From positions 47,244,001 to 47,308,000 of the forward strand of contig OZ024743.1 of NCBI GenBank assembly GCA_964016885.1: a stretch of 64,000 nucleotides of DNA. The letters are read 5' to 3'. Origin of the DNA: Eledone cirrhosa (taxonomy: Eukaryota). Below the pieces are notes generated by a model. The model ran no database searches. It saw only the letters and a list, made by a program, of their open reading frames with translations, and was not told where the DNA came from. Position numbers and translations under genes: made by a program. Each line of letters begins with the position of its first letter. The first letter of the stretch is position 1. Below are positions 13,946 through 25,305 of the stretch, piece by piece.

Positions 13946-14382
13946 GGGTTCCTTTTAAAAGATCGGATAAACTCCTCAGAGTAAACAGCCATCCACCCCA
14001 ACTATGAGATAAATAGCCTCACCAATCCCTAATTGGCCAAACATGGTGAGTATGGCTATACTCCTGACCAAAACCAAACAGAAAGCGGTGGAGGTCAACC
14101 AGGGAGAGGTTCCTCCAAAAGAAGTGAGAAGACCCAAGATTACATTGAATTGGACATTCCTGTAATTCATAATTTAATATATTTTACCTTATATTGTGGG
14201 CAACATAATCAAATTCTATATAAACTAAGAATCTAGTAATTATTTTGCTTAATGTTACAATGTAAGTGTATATCCGTTTTGGCTTAAGTATTTATTTTAA
14301 ATTAAAATAGATTTTTAATCTTAATATTTTAAAAACTTTCATTACACAATTAAGATTTAATTGTTTAATTATAGAATAGTTA

Positions 14383-14566
14383 CAGACCTGCTAACCTTTA
14401 AAACCCAAACAGGGAATACCATAAAAAAAGTGCCCCCAAAACGGGGCAAAATGGGGAGATTTTACATAATGAAAGCTATACCCATTTTCACAAAAGAAGT
14501 CATTTGTCACACATCGCAAAGTGAGTGGGATATCTCCCCGTCCGACGGGGAGAGTTGACAGGTCTG
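14383..14566. mobile_element. MITE with CAGACCTG TIRs and 6-bp TSD
   Basis: CAGACCTGCTAAC...GTTGACAGGTCTG with TSD TAGTTA on both sides. Homolog at 45181-45342. Confidence 0.8.
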
Positions 14567-14649
14567 TAGTTATTAATGCGTTATGATAAAGTTAACTATT
14601 AATTTGTTTAGCATTATTTTTTATTATATCTCTGTAATATTTAATATAA

Positions 14650-14835
14650 CCGGCAACTATCGGTAGAGCGTCAGATACCATGCTTTGCAGTATAAAGTTA
14701 TGGCCCTTTACGTTCTGAGTTCAAATCCTGTCGAGGTTAGCTTTTCCTTTCATTCTTACGGGGTCGATAAACTAAAGTACCAGTAATGCACTATGGTAAT
14801 TGCTGGCCTTGTGCCAAAAGTAGAAACAATTATTC
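14650..14835 (+). mobile_element. SINE, main family
   Basis: B box GAGTTCAAATCC, central domain, 3' end. Confidence 0.8.
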
Positions 14836-15084
14836 TATATATTGTTTACAAATATTATTGATTTATAATTTCTAAACAATTCATACCTTTTATGTGTATT
14901 TTCTATTATACTTTTATATATTATGCTCCTGTCTATATAATTCCTAATATTATATCTAATTATTTCATTTGAGTTTACTTTGAAGAATTCTCATTCGATA
15001 TATATATGATATACTTGTGTTCCCTGTAATCTATAAACTTATAACATTCTATTTCGTTCTGTCTTTTTCTTGGCTACATATAAT

Positions 15085-15272
15085 TGGTTCTACTTTTGGC
15101 ACAAGGCCAGCAATTATCCCAGTGTATTACTGGTACTTTATTTTATCGACCCCATAAGGATGAAAGACAAAGTTAACCTCGGCGGGATTTGAACTCAGAT
15201 CATAAAAAGCCGTAACTCTATGCTGCAAAGCATGGTGTCCGACCCTCTACCGATACTGCCAATCCACCGCCC
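15085..15272 (-). mobile_element. SINE, main family, full length
   Basis: Ends CCAATCCACCGCC on the + strand. Confidence 0.85.
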
Positions 15273-15508
15273 TTCTTTGCTACATATAATGACGTGGTTA
15301 GACATTTAAAACTTATCTTCGTAAACAATTCTTAATGGTGATATGATGTTTATTATATATTCTGCCATTGTTGTGGTTGCAAAGATGGAATAATACAGAC
15401 ATTGCTTCTATAATCATTTCTATCTTCTCTGAAACCCAACATCAACAGAATTAATTAATTCCTTGAATCAACGTAACGTTCAGGTTGTGATATATAAATA
15501 GTATATTG

Positions 15509-15599
<91 letters not shown>

Positions 15600-15604
<5 letters not shown>

Positions 15605-16017
15605 TGAAAAAGTGGAGAATAACATGGTCAACAGTACAAAAAAGGAGATTTATTTACACTCTAACAATTGTTTCACTGATACAGTTGTCTAAAAATTGCT
15701 AAACACTGAAAGTAGTGCCACTCAATTTAAAATACATGTTGGTGGCTCCATCATATCTTCAGAGACTGTCTGGACAGTGAAACAATTGTTAGACTGTAAA
15801 TAAATCTCCTTTTTTGTACTGTTGACCATGTTATTCTCCACTTTTTCAATGTTATTACTCCAAGATAAACTTACATAGGAATACAAGTGAAGTCATAAAC
15901 TCGTCATCTACGTAAACCTCTGGTTGAGTCACACAACGCCGTACGCTAAAACTATCCATAATAAGAATTATTCACAACCTCTAATTGGATTACCTATAAC
16001 GATATCTTGTTATCCTT
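15600..16017. mobile_element. Family A fold-back element, second diverged copy, with minus-strand hammerhead at 15656-15769
   Basis: Arms about 15603-15678 and 15775-15850, plus a tail ending TTGTTATCC before (TA)n. Minus strand reads ACAGTCT CTGAAGA ... GAAAC AATT GTT AGAGTGT. Confidence 0.72.
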
Positions 16018-16030
16018 TATATATATATGT

Positions 16031-16219
16031 ATATAGAAAGGCTTCTACAGGACTAGAACTGTTTCATTCGGGAGAAATCACCAGGAAGCCCTGATGATTT
16101 CTCCCGAATGAAACAGTTCTAGTCCAGTAGAAGCCTTTCTATATTAAATATGTATATTCTGCTTTGTATTGTGTACCTTACTTACTGTGGTTACACCCCG
16201 ATTGAACCCGGGATAAACT

Positions 16220-16220
<1 letters not shown>
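16031..16220. mobile_element. Family B fold-back element with hammerhead motifs on both strands
   Basis: Arms about 16031-16085 and 16090-16144, ~75-nt tail, TA tracts on both sides. Minus: GGCTTC CTGGTGA TTTC TCCC GAAT GAAAC AG..CTG TA GAAGCC. Plus: CTGATGA at 16091. Homolog at 61466-61657. Confidence 0.78.
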
Positions 16221-16300
<80 letters not shown>

Positions 16301-16439
16301 ACTGGAGCTTGGCTGAAGTTTGTTTAAAATTTTTTATTTTCCTATATTTTGTTTTTGTAGAAACATGTCTCAGAAGAATAAAATGACTTAATTTTTCATC
16401 TCTGTTAGTTTGGCATTACATGTGTGTGTATGTATGAAA

Positions 16440-16628
16440 GGCGGTGGATTGGCAGTATCGGTAGAGGGTCGGACGCCATGCTTTCCAGCATAGTTACGTC
16501 CCTTTACGATCTGAGTTCAAATCCCGCCGAGGTTGACTTTGCCTTTCATCCTTACAGGGTCGATAAAATAAAGTACCAGTAATGAACTGGGTAATTGCTG
16601 GCCTTGTGCCTAAAGTAGAAACAATTAC
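16440..16628 (+). mobile_element. SINE, main family, full length
   Basis: GGCGGTGGATTGGCAGTATCGGTAGAG head and B box GAGTTCAAATCCC. The central domain resembles, from memory, the Meta-SINE domain. Confidence 0.85.
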
Positions 16629-18934
16629 ATGTGTGTATGTATGTGTGTATCTGTGCATGTGTGCGTGTGTGCGTGTGTATGCGTGTACTTACATATATGT
16701 ATACACACAGACATATATATATATATATATATATATATCATATAATGGAACAAACCGATTGTTTTTTGTTTCTTGTTTTCTTCTTGTTCTCAGGGGAGGA
16801 ATTATAGTGAAAAGTTATGTAATGGAAGTTATAGAATTCTATATTAGCGTCGCGGTTTCCGTAGATGGTACAGCTGTGTGTTTCGGTGACGGATTGTCTT
16901 CTAAAAGACAACAGAACACTTGTTTGCTTAGCGTTGAAGAAGATAAGCAATGGAAATTGGAAACTGTGAGAACCAATTGTACACGAATTGTTTTTTAAGT
17001 ACAAACTTGCTGACATTCCCTCCACACACACACACACACACGCGCGCGGTAAGGACGATGATCATGAAGACGACGAATACCTCGCCCATTCAACGATGAT
17101 TGAAATGTTGGATCTTCCGTCGGTTTCGACGATGAGCGTTTTAGTGTTCGTTCAAATGTTTATATGTAAGATATGATATATATAGGCGGCGAGTTTGCAG
17201 AGTCATTAAAATGTTACATAGAATGCTGGCGGTATTCGTTCTGGCTCTGTGTGTTCTGAGTTCAATTCCTATCGAGGTTAATTTTGTCCTTTCGGACTTG
17301 ATAAAAGAAGTTCCGGTACAGTATTGTGATAGAGTCTTCCTTTATAACTCTTTTTCACTTCCCCTCTCGCACTCATCTTCCTTCCATTGAAGATATCGGC
17401 TGTGTTGAGACATGGAGATGGGAGGGGATCCGCCGGGTTAAAAGATCCCAACACACGCCGTATATCATGACAACGCCCCGGCAACTCAGAAATTACGGGT
17501 CCATACATACAAGATATGATAAATGATATGCTATATATGTGGGCGCCATCGGCAAAAATAATAAATATATAAAATAATTTTGTAATGGGCCATTACAAAA
17601 ATAAGCTTCAGATCCCTATAAACTGTTTACTTAGTTGATGAGTTCATGATATTTGTTTCATGAATATGATAGATTCTTCGTCGGTTTCGACGATGAGTTT
17701 TCAGATTTTCGTTCCAGCATCTGAACGTCCCTGACAAGGTTAGACCTTTGAATTACAGGTACAATCCAATCGGTGCACTTCCACACAGTTTCCGTCTACC
17801 CAGTTTCATTCACAAGGCCTAAGTCAACCTGAGGCTATGGTAAAGACATTTAACCAATATGCCACGCACTGCGGTCGGACCCGAGATCTCATGATCCACT
17901 TCAACAGGAACAGCAATAAATTGAGTCGTCAGAGCAGTGGTTCTTGAAGGTTTTACCCCCTTCATTTAAATAACCATTCCTATTGACTCCAGGCTTTGGA
18001 AAGCTCTGTCGACACAAGCTGGGGGAATCCTAGTACTACTTTTGCGAATGTTCAGATTCGGAACCGCTGCGTTGGAGCGTAGAACAAAATTCCGTTTCCT
18101 ATTTGTTCCGGTTCTTTGCGCTCATAGTTAAAATCTCACCAAGGTAAACTTTGCATTTCATCAGCTGTCGACAGAATAGAATACCAATCCAGAAGAGGAG
18201 ATTGGAGGAATTGTTAGTGTCAGACGAGATGCCTTGCGGTATTTTTTCTGGCTCTTTGCAATCTAAGTTCTAATTTTACTGTGGCTTACTTGGCTAGAAG
18301 GTTTAATCTGTTACCCGGTTTAACATCACCATGCTTTTAGCAGTATCCACTCTGTTGCAAGAATTGGGGTCAGGTCTTCGGTTTGAGGATACCGTCCACC
18401 CTCTCACTAATATCAGAAGTCCTGTAAAAGACCACGAACGCTGTCTTTCCTTTCCCGAGTAAAGAGTATTAAAAAAAAAAGCGGCAGAGTTAGAGAGCCA
18501 ATGGTAGCTTAATCTGCTAGAAATAGTAGCCAAACCACTTTCAAATTATCCTGAACCAATAAGATAGTACGAACCAACGTTGTTGACCTGCTCAAAATAG
18601 CAACTAACTCTCCTACCATATAATCCCTGCATAACATTTCTATAACCTTGAATTAATGTTAAATTTCTGTAACTTGTTACGTTTTGAATCCAGTCGAGAG
18701 ATCAACTTCACATTTGATACATGTTGTTTAGCTGTAGGTCTAATAATAATCAAAAGCATTTCAATAGAGCTCATCACATATTTTTTCAGAAATAACCGCT
18801 AAATTTACCTTAAATATCTTACCGTCATCGTCTTAAACAAGAAAGAAAAAAACACATAGGGTTATGTAATTCTTGAGACACTTTACACTTTAATAAGATG
18901 GAATGGTCACGTCTAGAACATCTTTGATATAATG

Positions 18935-19175
18935 GACAGACCTACTTCATTTAGCATTGGGCTTGCAATCGAAATGCTGTGAGTTCAATTCTCGGACCGG
19001 ATAGTGTGTTGTTTCCTTGAGCAAGACACTTTATTTCACGTTGCTCCAGTTTACTCAGCTGTAGAAATGAGATGATAGGACTGGAGTCCCTATCATTAAA
19101 TTACCCAAGACATATACCTTGGAGGAGACCAGATAAATGTGCATAGGTGTGAGCTGTAACAACAACAAACAACAA
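18935..19175 (+). mobile_element. tRNA-derived SINE, CORE-like centre with a different tail
   Basis: Homologous to the minus-strand copy at 33440-33690. Ends (ACA)n. Confidence 0.7.
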
Positions 19176-19355
19176 CTAGTGAAATGGAAAGGTAAATACA
19201 GCTCCATATCTGTGTTACCCAAACAAACATAGGAACACTTTTCTCCAGCGCTGGACTCTTAATTTTTTTGTATGTATATCACAAATACACGCACACATCA
19301 TACATAATACATACATACACATACACCTATATATATATCTCTCTCTCTCTCTCTG

Positions 19356-19389
<34 letters not shown>

Positions 19390-19458
19390 TATATATATAT
19401 GTATATATATGTATATATATATATATATATATACACATATATATATATACATACATAC

Positions 19459-19810
19459 ATGATGGCTGCCCCCTCGTTATCGAGTATGGCCATTGCACGT
19501 TATACCATTATTAATTATTATTAATTAATTCTATCGTGCAATGCCTGTGCGTGAAGATATTTTTTAAAGTGAGGAAAGACTGTGCACTGAGCCAATCCCA
19601 CTCTCTGAGCGACAGTAGCTATAACCCGAAAAGAAGAAAAGATCAACATCATCGCTATCTACTGAGCCGTAGGTTTTACATGGGATTTATCCCAGTTTCC
19701 TGAGTTGCCTTCTCCTGGAAGAATGCCCTGACAAATGCTAGGGGTCCTTCACTCGCAGTGGTTTAACAACGCGATCGGGTGTCCAGCCCGACTATTTCTA
19801 TGTCCCCGCG
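19459..19810 (-). mobile_element. RTE-derived non-autonomous retroelement
   Basis: Shares blocks (GGAGAAGG.AACTC, GATGATGTTGA, GAGAGTGGGA.TGGC, CACAGGCATTGC and the 3' end) with 42670-43175. (TATG)n tail. Confidence 0.65.
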
Positions 19811-19885
19811 GATATACATACACATGCACCCATGTATATACACATATACATACATATGTACATGTGCATATACATATTTACACAC

Positions 19886-20008
19886 TTTTGGGTGGCCGTT
19901 CACTCTTATGAGTTCTCCCGCCCTTTGTCAGGCTTTGTTTTTTGTCCTGCAGGGTGTCCAAAATCACCCTCCTCACCAAGTAAACTTGGTGGAGTTACCG
20001 GTTTAGTC
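19886..20008 (-). mobile_element. Fragment of the same RTE-derived family (5' region)
   Basis: Reverse complement of 42738-42860. Confidence 0.7.
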
Positions 20009-20010
20009 AT

Positions 20011-20110
<100 letters not shown>

Positions 20111-20411
20111 AAATGTGTGAAGTCCTTGGTACAGTTAGGTGTATTTGAAAAAAAGGAAAAGAATGACTTCACTTGTAGTTCTAAATAATTTGATTTAATT
20201 TTATATTATAATATTATGTGTATATATATATAAACACACACATGAGAAAAACCTCCTGCGGTGTTAAAATCCTACAAACAAATAAAAGATATATGGACGC
20301 GAAGACAGGAAAATGAATAACTACAGACAGTACCAAGTCAGAGCACTGAAACAAGCTATCTCTAGCGATCGGCTGGTGGGATGGCAATATCTGTAGTTAT
20401 ATATATATTAT

Positions 20412-20602
20412 ACACAAAGGAAATGTGGTAAGGAACCAGATGGACCATAACGCACCAGAGTACTCAATACTTAGGGTAGTAGAGTGGGAAATAGGAAAAA
20501 GTATGACCCCGACGGCAGAGCTCAAACCGTTTCGACGACTATTTCTGGAATAGCCGTCGAAACGGCTTGAGCTCTGCCGTCGGGGGTCATACTTTTTCCT
20601 AT
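20412..20602. mobile_element. Family D fold-back element with the 3' half of a hammerhead
   Basis: Arms 20491-20543 and 20549-20602. Reads GCCGTC GAAAC GGC TTGAGCTCT GCC GTC GGGG (stem III ACGGC/GCCGT, GUC site). Homologs at 54924-55081 and 55148-55340. Confidence 0.72.
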
Positions 20603-20670
20603 ATTATACACATATATATGTATATATATATTTATATATATATAAATATTTATATATACATATGTATATG

Positions 20671-20705
<35 letters not shown>

Positions 20706-20819
20706 TTAGTAATGATGGTCGCGAGATTGAAGGCTTACAGACGATACAGGAGAATCCCCAGAGTAACAACACTCAAGCTTGGCGTTAATAAAGAACATAC
20801 ACACACACACACGCACACA

Positions 20820-20877
<58 letters not shown>

Positions 20878-20878
<1 letters not shown>

Positions 20879-21260
20879 ATAATTGTTTCTACTTTTGGCA
20901 CAAGACCAACAATTATACCAGTGTATTACTGGTACTTTATTTTATCGACCCCATAAGGATGAAAGGCAAAGTTAACCTCGGCGGGATTTGAACTCAGAAT
21001 GGCAAGGGCCGTAACTCTTTGCTGCAAAGCATGGTGTCAGACCCTCTACCGATACTGCCATCCACCGCCCTGTATATAGTAATAATAATTGTTTCTACTT
21101 TTGGCACAAGGCCAGCGTATTACTGGTACTTTATTTTATCGACCCCGTAAGAATGAAAGGCAAAGTTAACCTCGGCGGGATTTGAACTCAGATCATAAAG
21201 GGACGTAACTCTATGCTTCAAAGCATGGTGTCCGACTCTCTACCGATACTGCCAAGCCAC
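20878..21260 (-). mobile_element. Two tandem SINEs, main family
   Basis: Reverse-complement copies with intact B box and central domain. Confidence 0.85.
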
Positions 21261-21427
21261 AATAATAAATGCGAAGACTAAAATCCAAAGAGGGCTCGAT
21301 AAGGATAAATATATATCAAATATATAAGAACCCTAGAGCAAATATTTATTAAAATAACAGATTAAAGTTTAAGCAAAGAATCGCTGCTTTCACCCTTAAG
21401 CTTTAATCTGTTATTTAAATAAATATG
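21261..21427. mobile_element. Family H fold-back fragment with the 3' half of a hammerhead
   Basis: Inverted ATATTTATT.AAATAACAGATTAAAG arms. Minus strand reads GGGT GAAA GCA..TGC TT AAAC. Homolog at 63665-63830. Confidence 0.6.
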
Positions 21428-21436
21428 TATATATAT

Positions 21437-22898
21437 AACAAGTCACCAGGTATGGATGGCATTTCTGCTGAAATGCTGAAGTCAGGAGGCGAAAGCATGG
21501 TCAAGTGGATGGGCCACTTATGTAATCTTGTGTGGAACACGGGTGAAGTCCCAGAAGATTGGAGAAACGGAGCGGTTGTCTGTATCCCCAAGAAGGGCAA
21601 CGTTGCCGATTGTGACAACTGGAGGGGAGTGATACTTCTCTCCATACCAGGGAAGGTCTATTGTCTGATGATCCTGAACCGCATACGTGGCATGGTAGAC
21701 CGGGAACTGCGAGAACAACAGGCAGGGTTCCGACCAAAACGTTCTTGTGCAGAGCAGATCTTTACGTTACGCCGCATCATTGAGAGGTACAACGAATTCC
21801 AGAGGCCCCTCGCCGTCAGCTTCATCGATTTCTCCAAAGCATTCGATAGCATTCATCGGCCGTCACTCTGGAGCATCATGCATGAGTATGGTCTGCTCCA
21901 GAAAGTCATTTCGTCAATCAAACAGATTTATGCAAACTCCAAGTGCTGCATACGGACAGAGGATGGTTACAGTGACTGGTTTGAGGTGGTTACTGGTGTG
22001 CGTCAGGGTTGCTCGCTCTCTCCAATTCTCTTTGCCATAGCCATTGACTGGGTACTAAGAAGAGCGTCTAAAGACCAGGGTATATCTTGGGTGGGAGAGC
22101 AAAAGTTGTCTGACCTGGACTTTGCGGACGATATTGTTGCACTTGCAGAGAGCACAGCTGACCAGCAAATCATTATGAACAATATCAATGTCGAAGCAGG
22201 AAGCTTAGGTCTCAATATCAGTGCTAAGAAGACCAAAAGCATGTTATCTGGGACACACCCATCACCAACTAGTGTTTTCATTGAACAGGGGGAGGTGGAG
22301 ATAGTGGACAACTTCACCTACCGAGGAAGCTCCATTGACAATGGGGGCGCCATGGACAGTGAATTGCAATGTAGAATGGGAAAGACTTCAGCAGCATTTA
22401 ACCAGCTTGTCAAGATCTGGAAGAGCAGGAAGTTCACCCTCAAAACAAAGATGAGATTCTACAATAGCAACGTGCTGTACACACTCTTGTACGGAAGTGA
22501 AACATGGCACCTTAAGACCAGCCAAGAGAAGAAGTTGGATGCATTCGATTCCAGATGTCTGGGAAAGATCCTGGGGATTAAATGGCGTGACCATGTAACA
22601 AACCAGGAAGTCAGGAACCGCACCAACCAGCAGCTAGTCTCTTCTACCATCTGCAAGCGACGCCTGGGCTGGTTTGGGCACGCTTTGAGACTTCCCCCGG
22701 AGAGACTGGCGAACCAAGTACTTAAATGGAACCCACAGGGAAGCAGACGGAGAGGGCGACCCAAAATGAACTGGCGCCAGACAGTTGAGAGGGACCTGCG
22801 AGCGACAAACAGACAATGGCGGGACGCTGTGCAACTGGCTGCTGACCGAACGCGGTGGAAGACTATGATTGCCTCATGCGTCGCAAGACGCGGGAGCT
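21437..22898 (+). mobile_element. 5'-truncated RTE-clade LINE with uninterrupted reverse transcriptase ORF
   Basis: RT motifs KSPGMDGI, NWRGVILLS, EQQAGFRP, FIDFSKAFDSI, GVRQGC.LSP, LDFADD, LLYGSETW, RRL.WFGH, RRRGRPK..W. Bounded by (TA)n at both ends. Confidence 0.95.
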
Positions 22899-23059
22899 TA
22901 TATATATATATATATGCGTGTGTGCCACGTAAATAGAAAGATCGCCATTAAATCTCGCTCAAATCACGTAGTTTAGCCGCAGATCCACCTTAATTAAACA
23001 GACCTATAATCGAAACCATTCCAGCCGTGACAGTCTTATCAATTTAGCTATGCATCTAA

Positions 23060-23330
23060 CTACATTATTCACTGCTGCTGCAATTGGTTCTGCTCCTCGG
23101 AGCTTGCTGGTCTCACGTCTTCTCCAATGAGGCACACCCGACTCAATCATTTCTCTTGCTCTCAGCACCCATGTTGTGTTCACCCTTCACCCATCAAGCC
23201 GAACACTAACTATTATACTCAATCATTCCTGCTGGGAACGTCGGCTCTCTGAAATTCCCTCCCTGCTTCCATCTTCCCAAAAGGAGTGGATTTGTAGCAA
23301 TTTACGGGGAATATTAGCGGCATTTATGTC
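23060..23330 (+). mobile_element. Degenerate 3' fragment of a CR1-group LINE
   Basis: Decayed coding (CS.EL..L, QHP, RT..Y..SF, W..LP..IFP). Related pieces at 30000-30320, 33800-33990 and 53050-53250. Confidence 0.55.
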
Positions 23331-23369
23331 TCCTAAATGCCGCTAATATTCCATTTATGTCTCCTGTGA

Positions 23370-23587
23370 ATGCGTGTGGCTGAGTGGTTAGAGAATTGGA
23401 TTCACAATCGTGAGGTTGTGTGTTCGATTTCCGGACCGGGTGATGCGTTATGTCCTTGGGCAAGACACTTTATTTCACGTTGCTCCTTCTACCTGGAGTT
23501 GCGACCGATAGATAGTATTAGCAACTGGAAAGACCAATGGAAATATTGTTTCCTCGGTCCGATTTGACGAAAAGTCGATCGACTGTC
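23370..23587 (+). mobile_element. Second SINE family, full length with TSD
   Basis: A and B boxes. TSD TTATGTCTCCTGT at 23355-23367 and 23588-23600. Confidence 0.85.
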
Positions 23588-24178
23588 TTATGTCTCCTGT
23601 TTCAGAGAGCGCGTGAATGTCATAAGTGCTGTCTCTTCCCCCATACCAACCAAAGGAAAAATGGAACAAATCTTTTCCTTATTGAGGAAGTTGGAAAGGG
23701 ATTTGAGGCAGATTTAGCTGTTACTTCCAACAGGCTTCGCAACCACATAGTAATTCCATCGTTGGTTTTCTGTTAAGTGATTTGCAGAACATTAGAGATA
23801 TCAAACTCTCCGTACTCGGAAGATCTGTGAGTGTTGTGGGCACTGCCCCTTCTTATAGACCCATGAAATGTTAATTCTAACAGGTCTCGCAACCACATAC
23901 AGAATCTGACGGTGGCTTTCTGGCAAGTGATTGTTTAACCGCACCGTAGCACCGCAGCAAGGCTTTTCTACAACCAGCACACTGACGTGTTGTATCACTT
24001 CCTTATTTGGAAACACTGACAGACGCTACTTAAAATACTCGACAAACATTCCCCTTTCGACCACCCCCTACTTCCACTTGTGCAAATGAAGTAGCTATTA
24101 AAACCATAATTTAACACAAAGATTGTCATTACTACTACTACTACCACTACCACCACCACTACTACTACCACCACCACC

Positions 24179-24209
<31 letters not shown>

Positions 24210-24284
24210 ATACTACTACCACTGCTACTGCTGCTGCTGCTACTGCTACTACTACTACTACTACCGCTGCTACTTCTGCTGCAT

Positions 24285-24352
<68 letters not shown>

Positions 24353-24470
24353 GTAGTAGTAGTAGTAGTAAGAGTCACTACAGGCGACCTTCAACTGCGT
24401 TTCTCTTGTAATGACGTTTCTCGTTACTTTCAATGACGTTTTTAACTACTTCATCTGTCACAGAGTTCTA

Positions 24471-24662
24471 AGCGGTGGATTGGCAGTATCGGTAGAGGGT
24501 CGGACGCCATGCTTTGCTGCATAGAGTTACGGTCCTTTACGGTCTGAGTTCAAATCCCGCCGAGGTTAACTCTGCCTTTCATCCTTAGGGGGTCGATAAA
24601 ATAAAGTACCAGTAATATACTAGGATAATTGTTGACCTTGTGCCAAAAGTAGAAACAATTGT
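24471..24662 (+). mobile_element. SINE, main family, full length
   Basis: Head, B box, central domain and 3' end all present. Confidence 0.85.
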
Positions 24663-24949
24663 TATGACGAATCACAAAAATTCATATTTATGTGCAGTGT
24701 TTAGTTTTCTCTGTTTTGAGTTCAAATGACACTAGAATATACTAAATAAATACTATGAATTCATCGACTAAACACAATTTATAGCAGGAATCAGAAACTT
24801 GTTTTCGTAATGTCCCAGTTTTAACCTTTTGTCATTTTGTCCGTGATCCACATATATCAGCGATTTCCAACTTCTTTTCATGATACTAACTCAAACACTA
24901 AATATTACTAACAGACCTATACTTGATAATAGAAAAAAATATATATGTA

Positions 24950-25305
24950 CATATTTCCTGCTTTCTCCATCCTCAATCTGGTGCAGTCTGCGACTAACCC
25001 AGGTTCTGCTGCACCTCGGGCTGAGGAGGCCAAACTCTTCAAATACCGGTCGCTCTCCGACAGGTTTGCCGTCGTACCCTTGGCAGTTGAGACTTCTGGT
25101 GTCCTCGGCCCTAGGGCTACCTCCTTACTCACCACCATAGGCGCTGAGCTGGCCAGCCGCAGGGGTGAGCCCCGCGAGCTGGAATGGCTTTTACAGCGCG
25201 TCTCCCTTGCCGTCCTCCGGGGAAACACCTTCTCCATTCTGTCCGCCGGGGCTGAGGGGAGGCCACCAATATGATTGTCTGACTTGTCTTTTTATCGGTC
25301 AGATG
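24950..25305 (+). mobile_element. 3' end of a CRE-clade non-LTR retrotransposon (restriction-like endonuclease C-terminus)
   Basis: AA..AEEAK..KY..L..RF...PLAVETSG.LGP.A..LL..IG......GEPR...WL.QR.SLAVLRGN is typical of CRE elements. Three shorter copies elsewhere. Confidence 0.8.

Noticed and set aside
23788-23826. 39-nt plus-strand micro-exon candidate (TGCAG...GTGAGT)
   Set aside because: Such splice-like motifs are expected by chance, and the peptide is uninformative.
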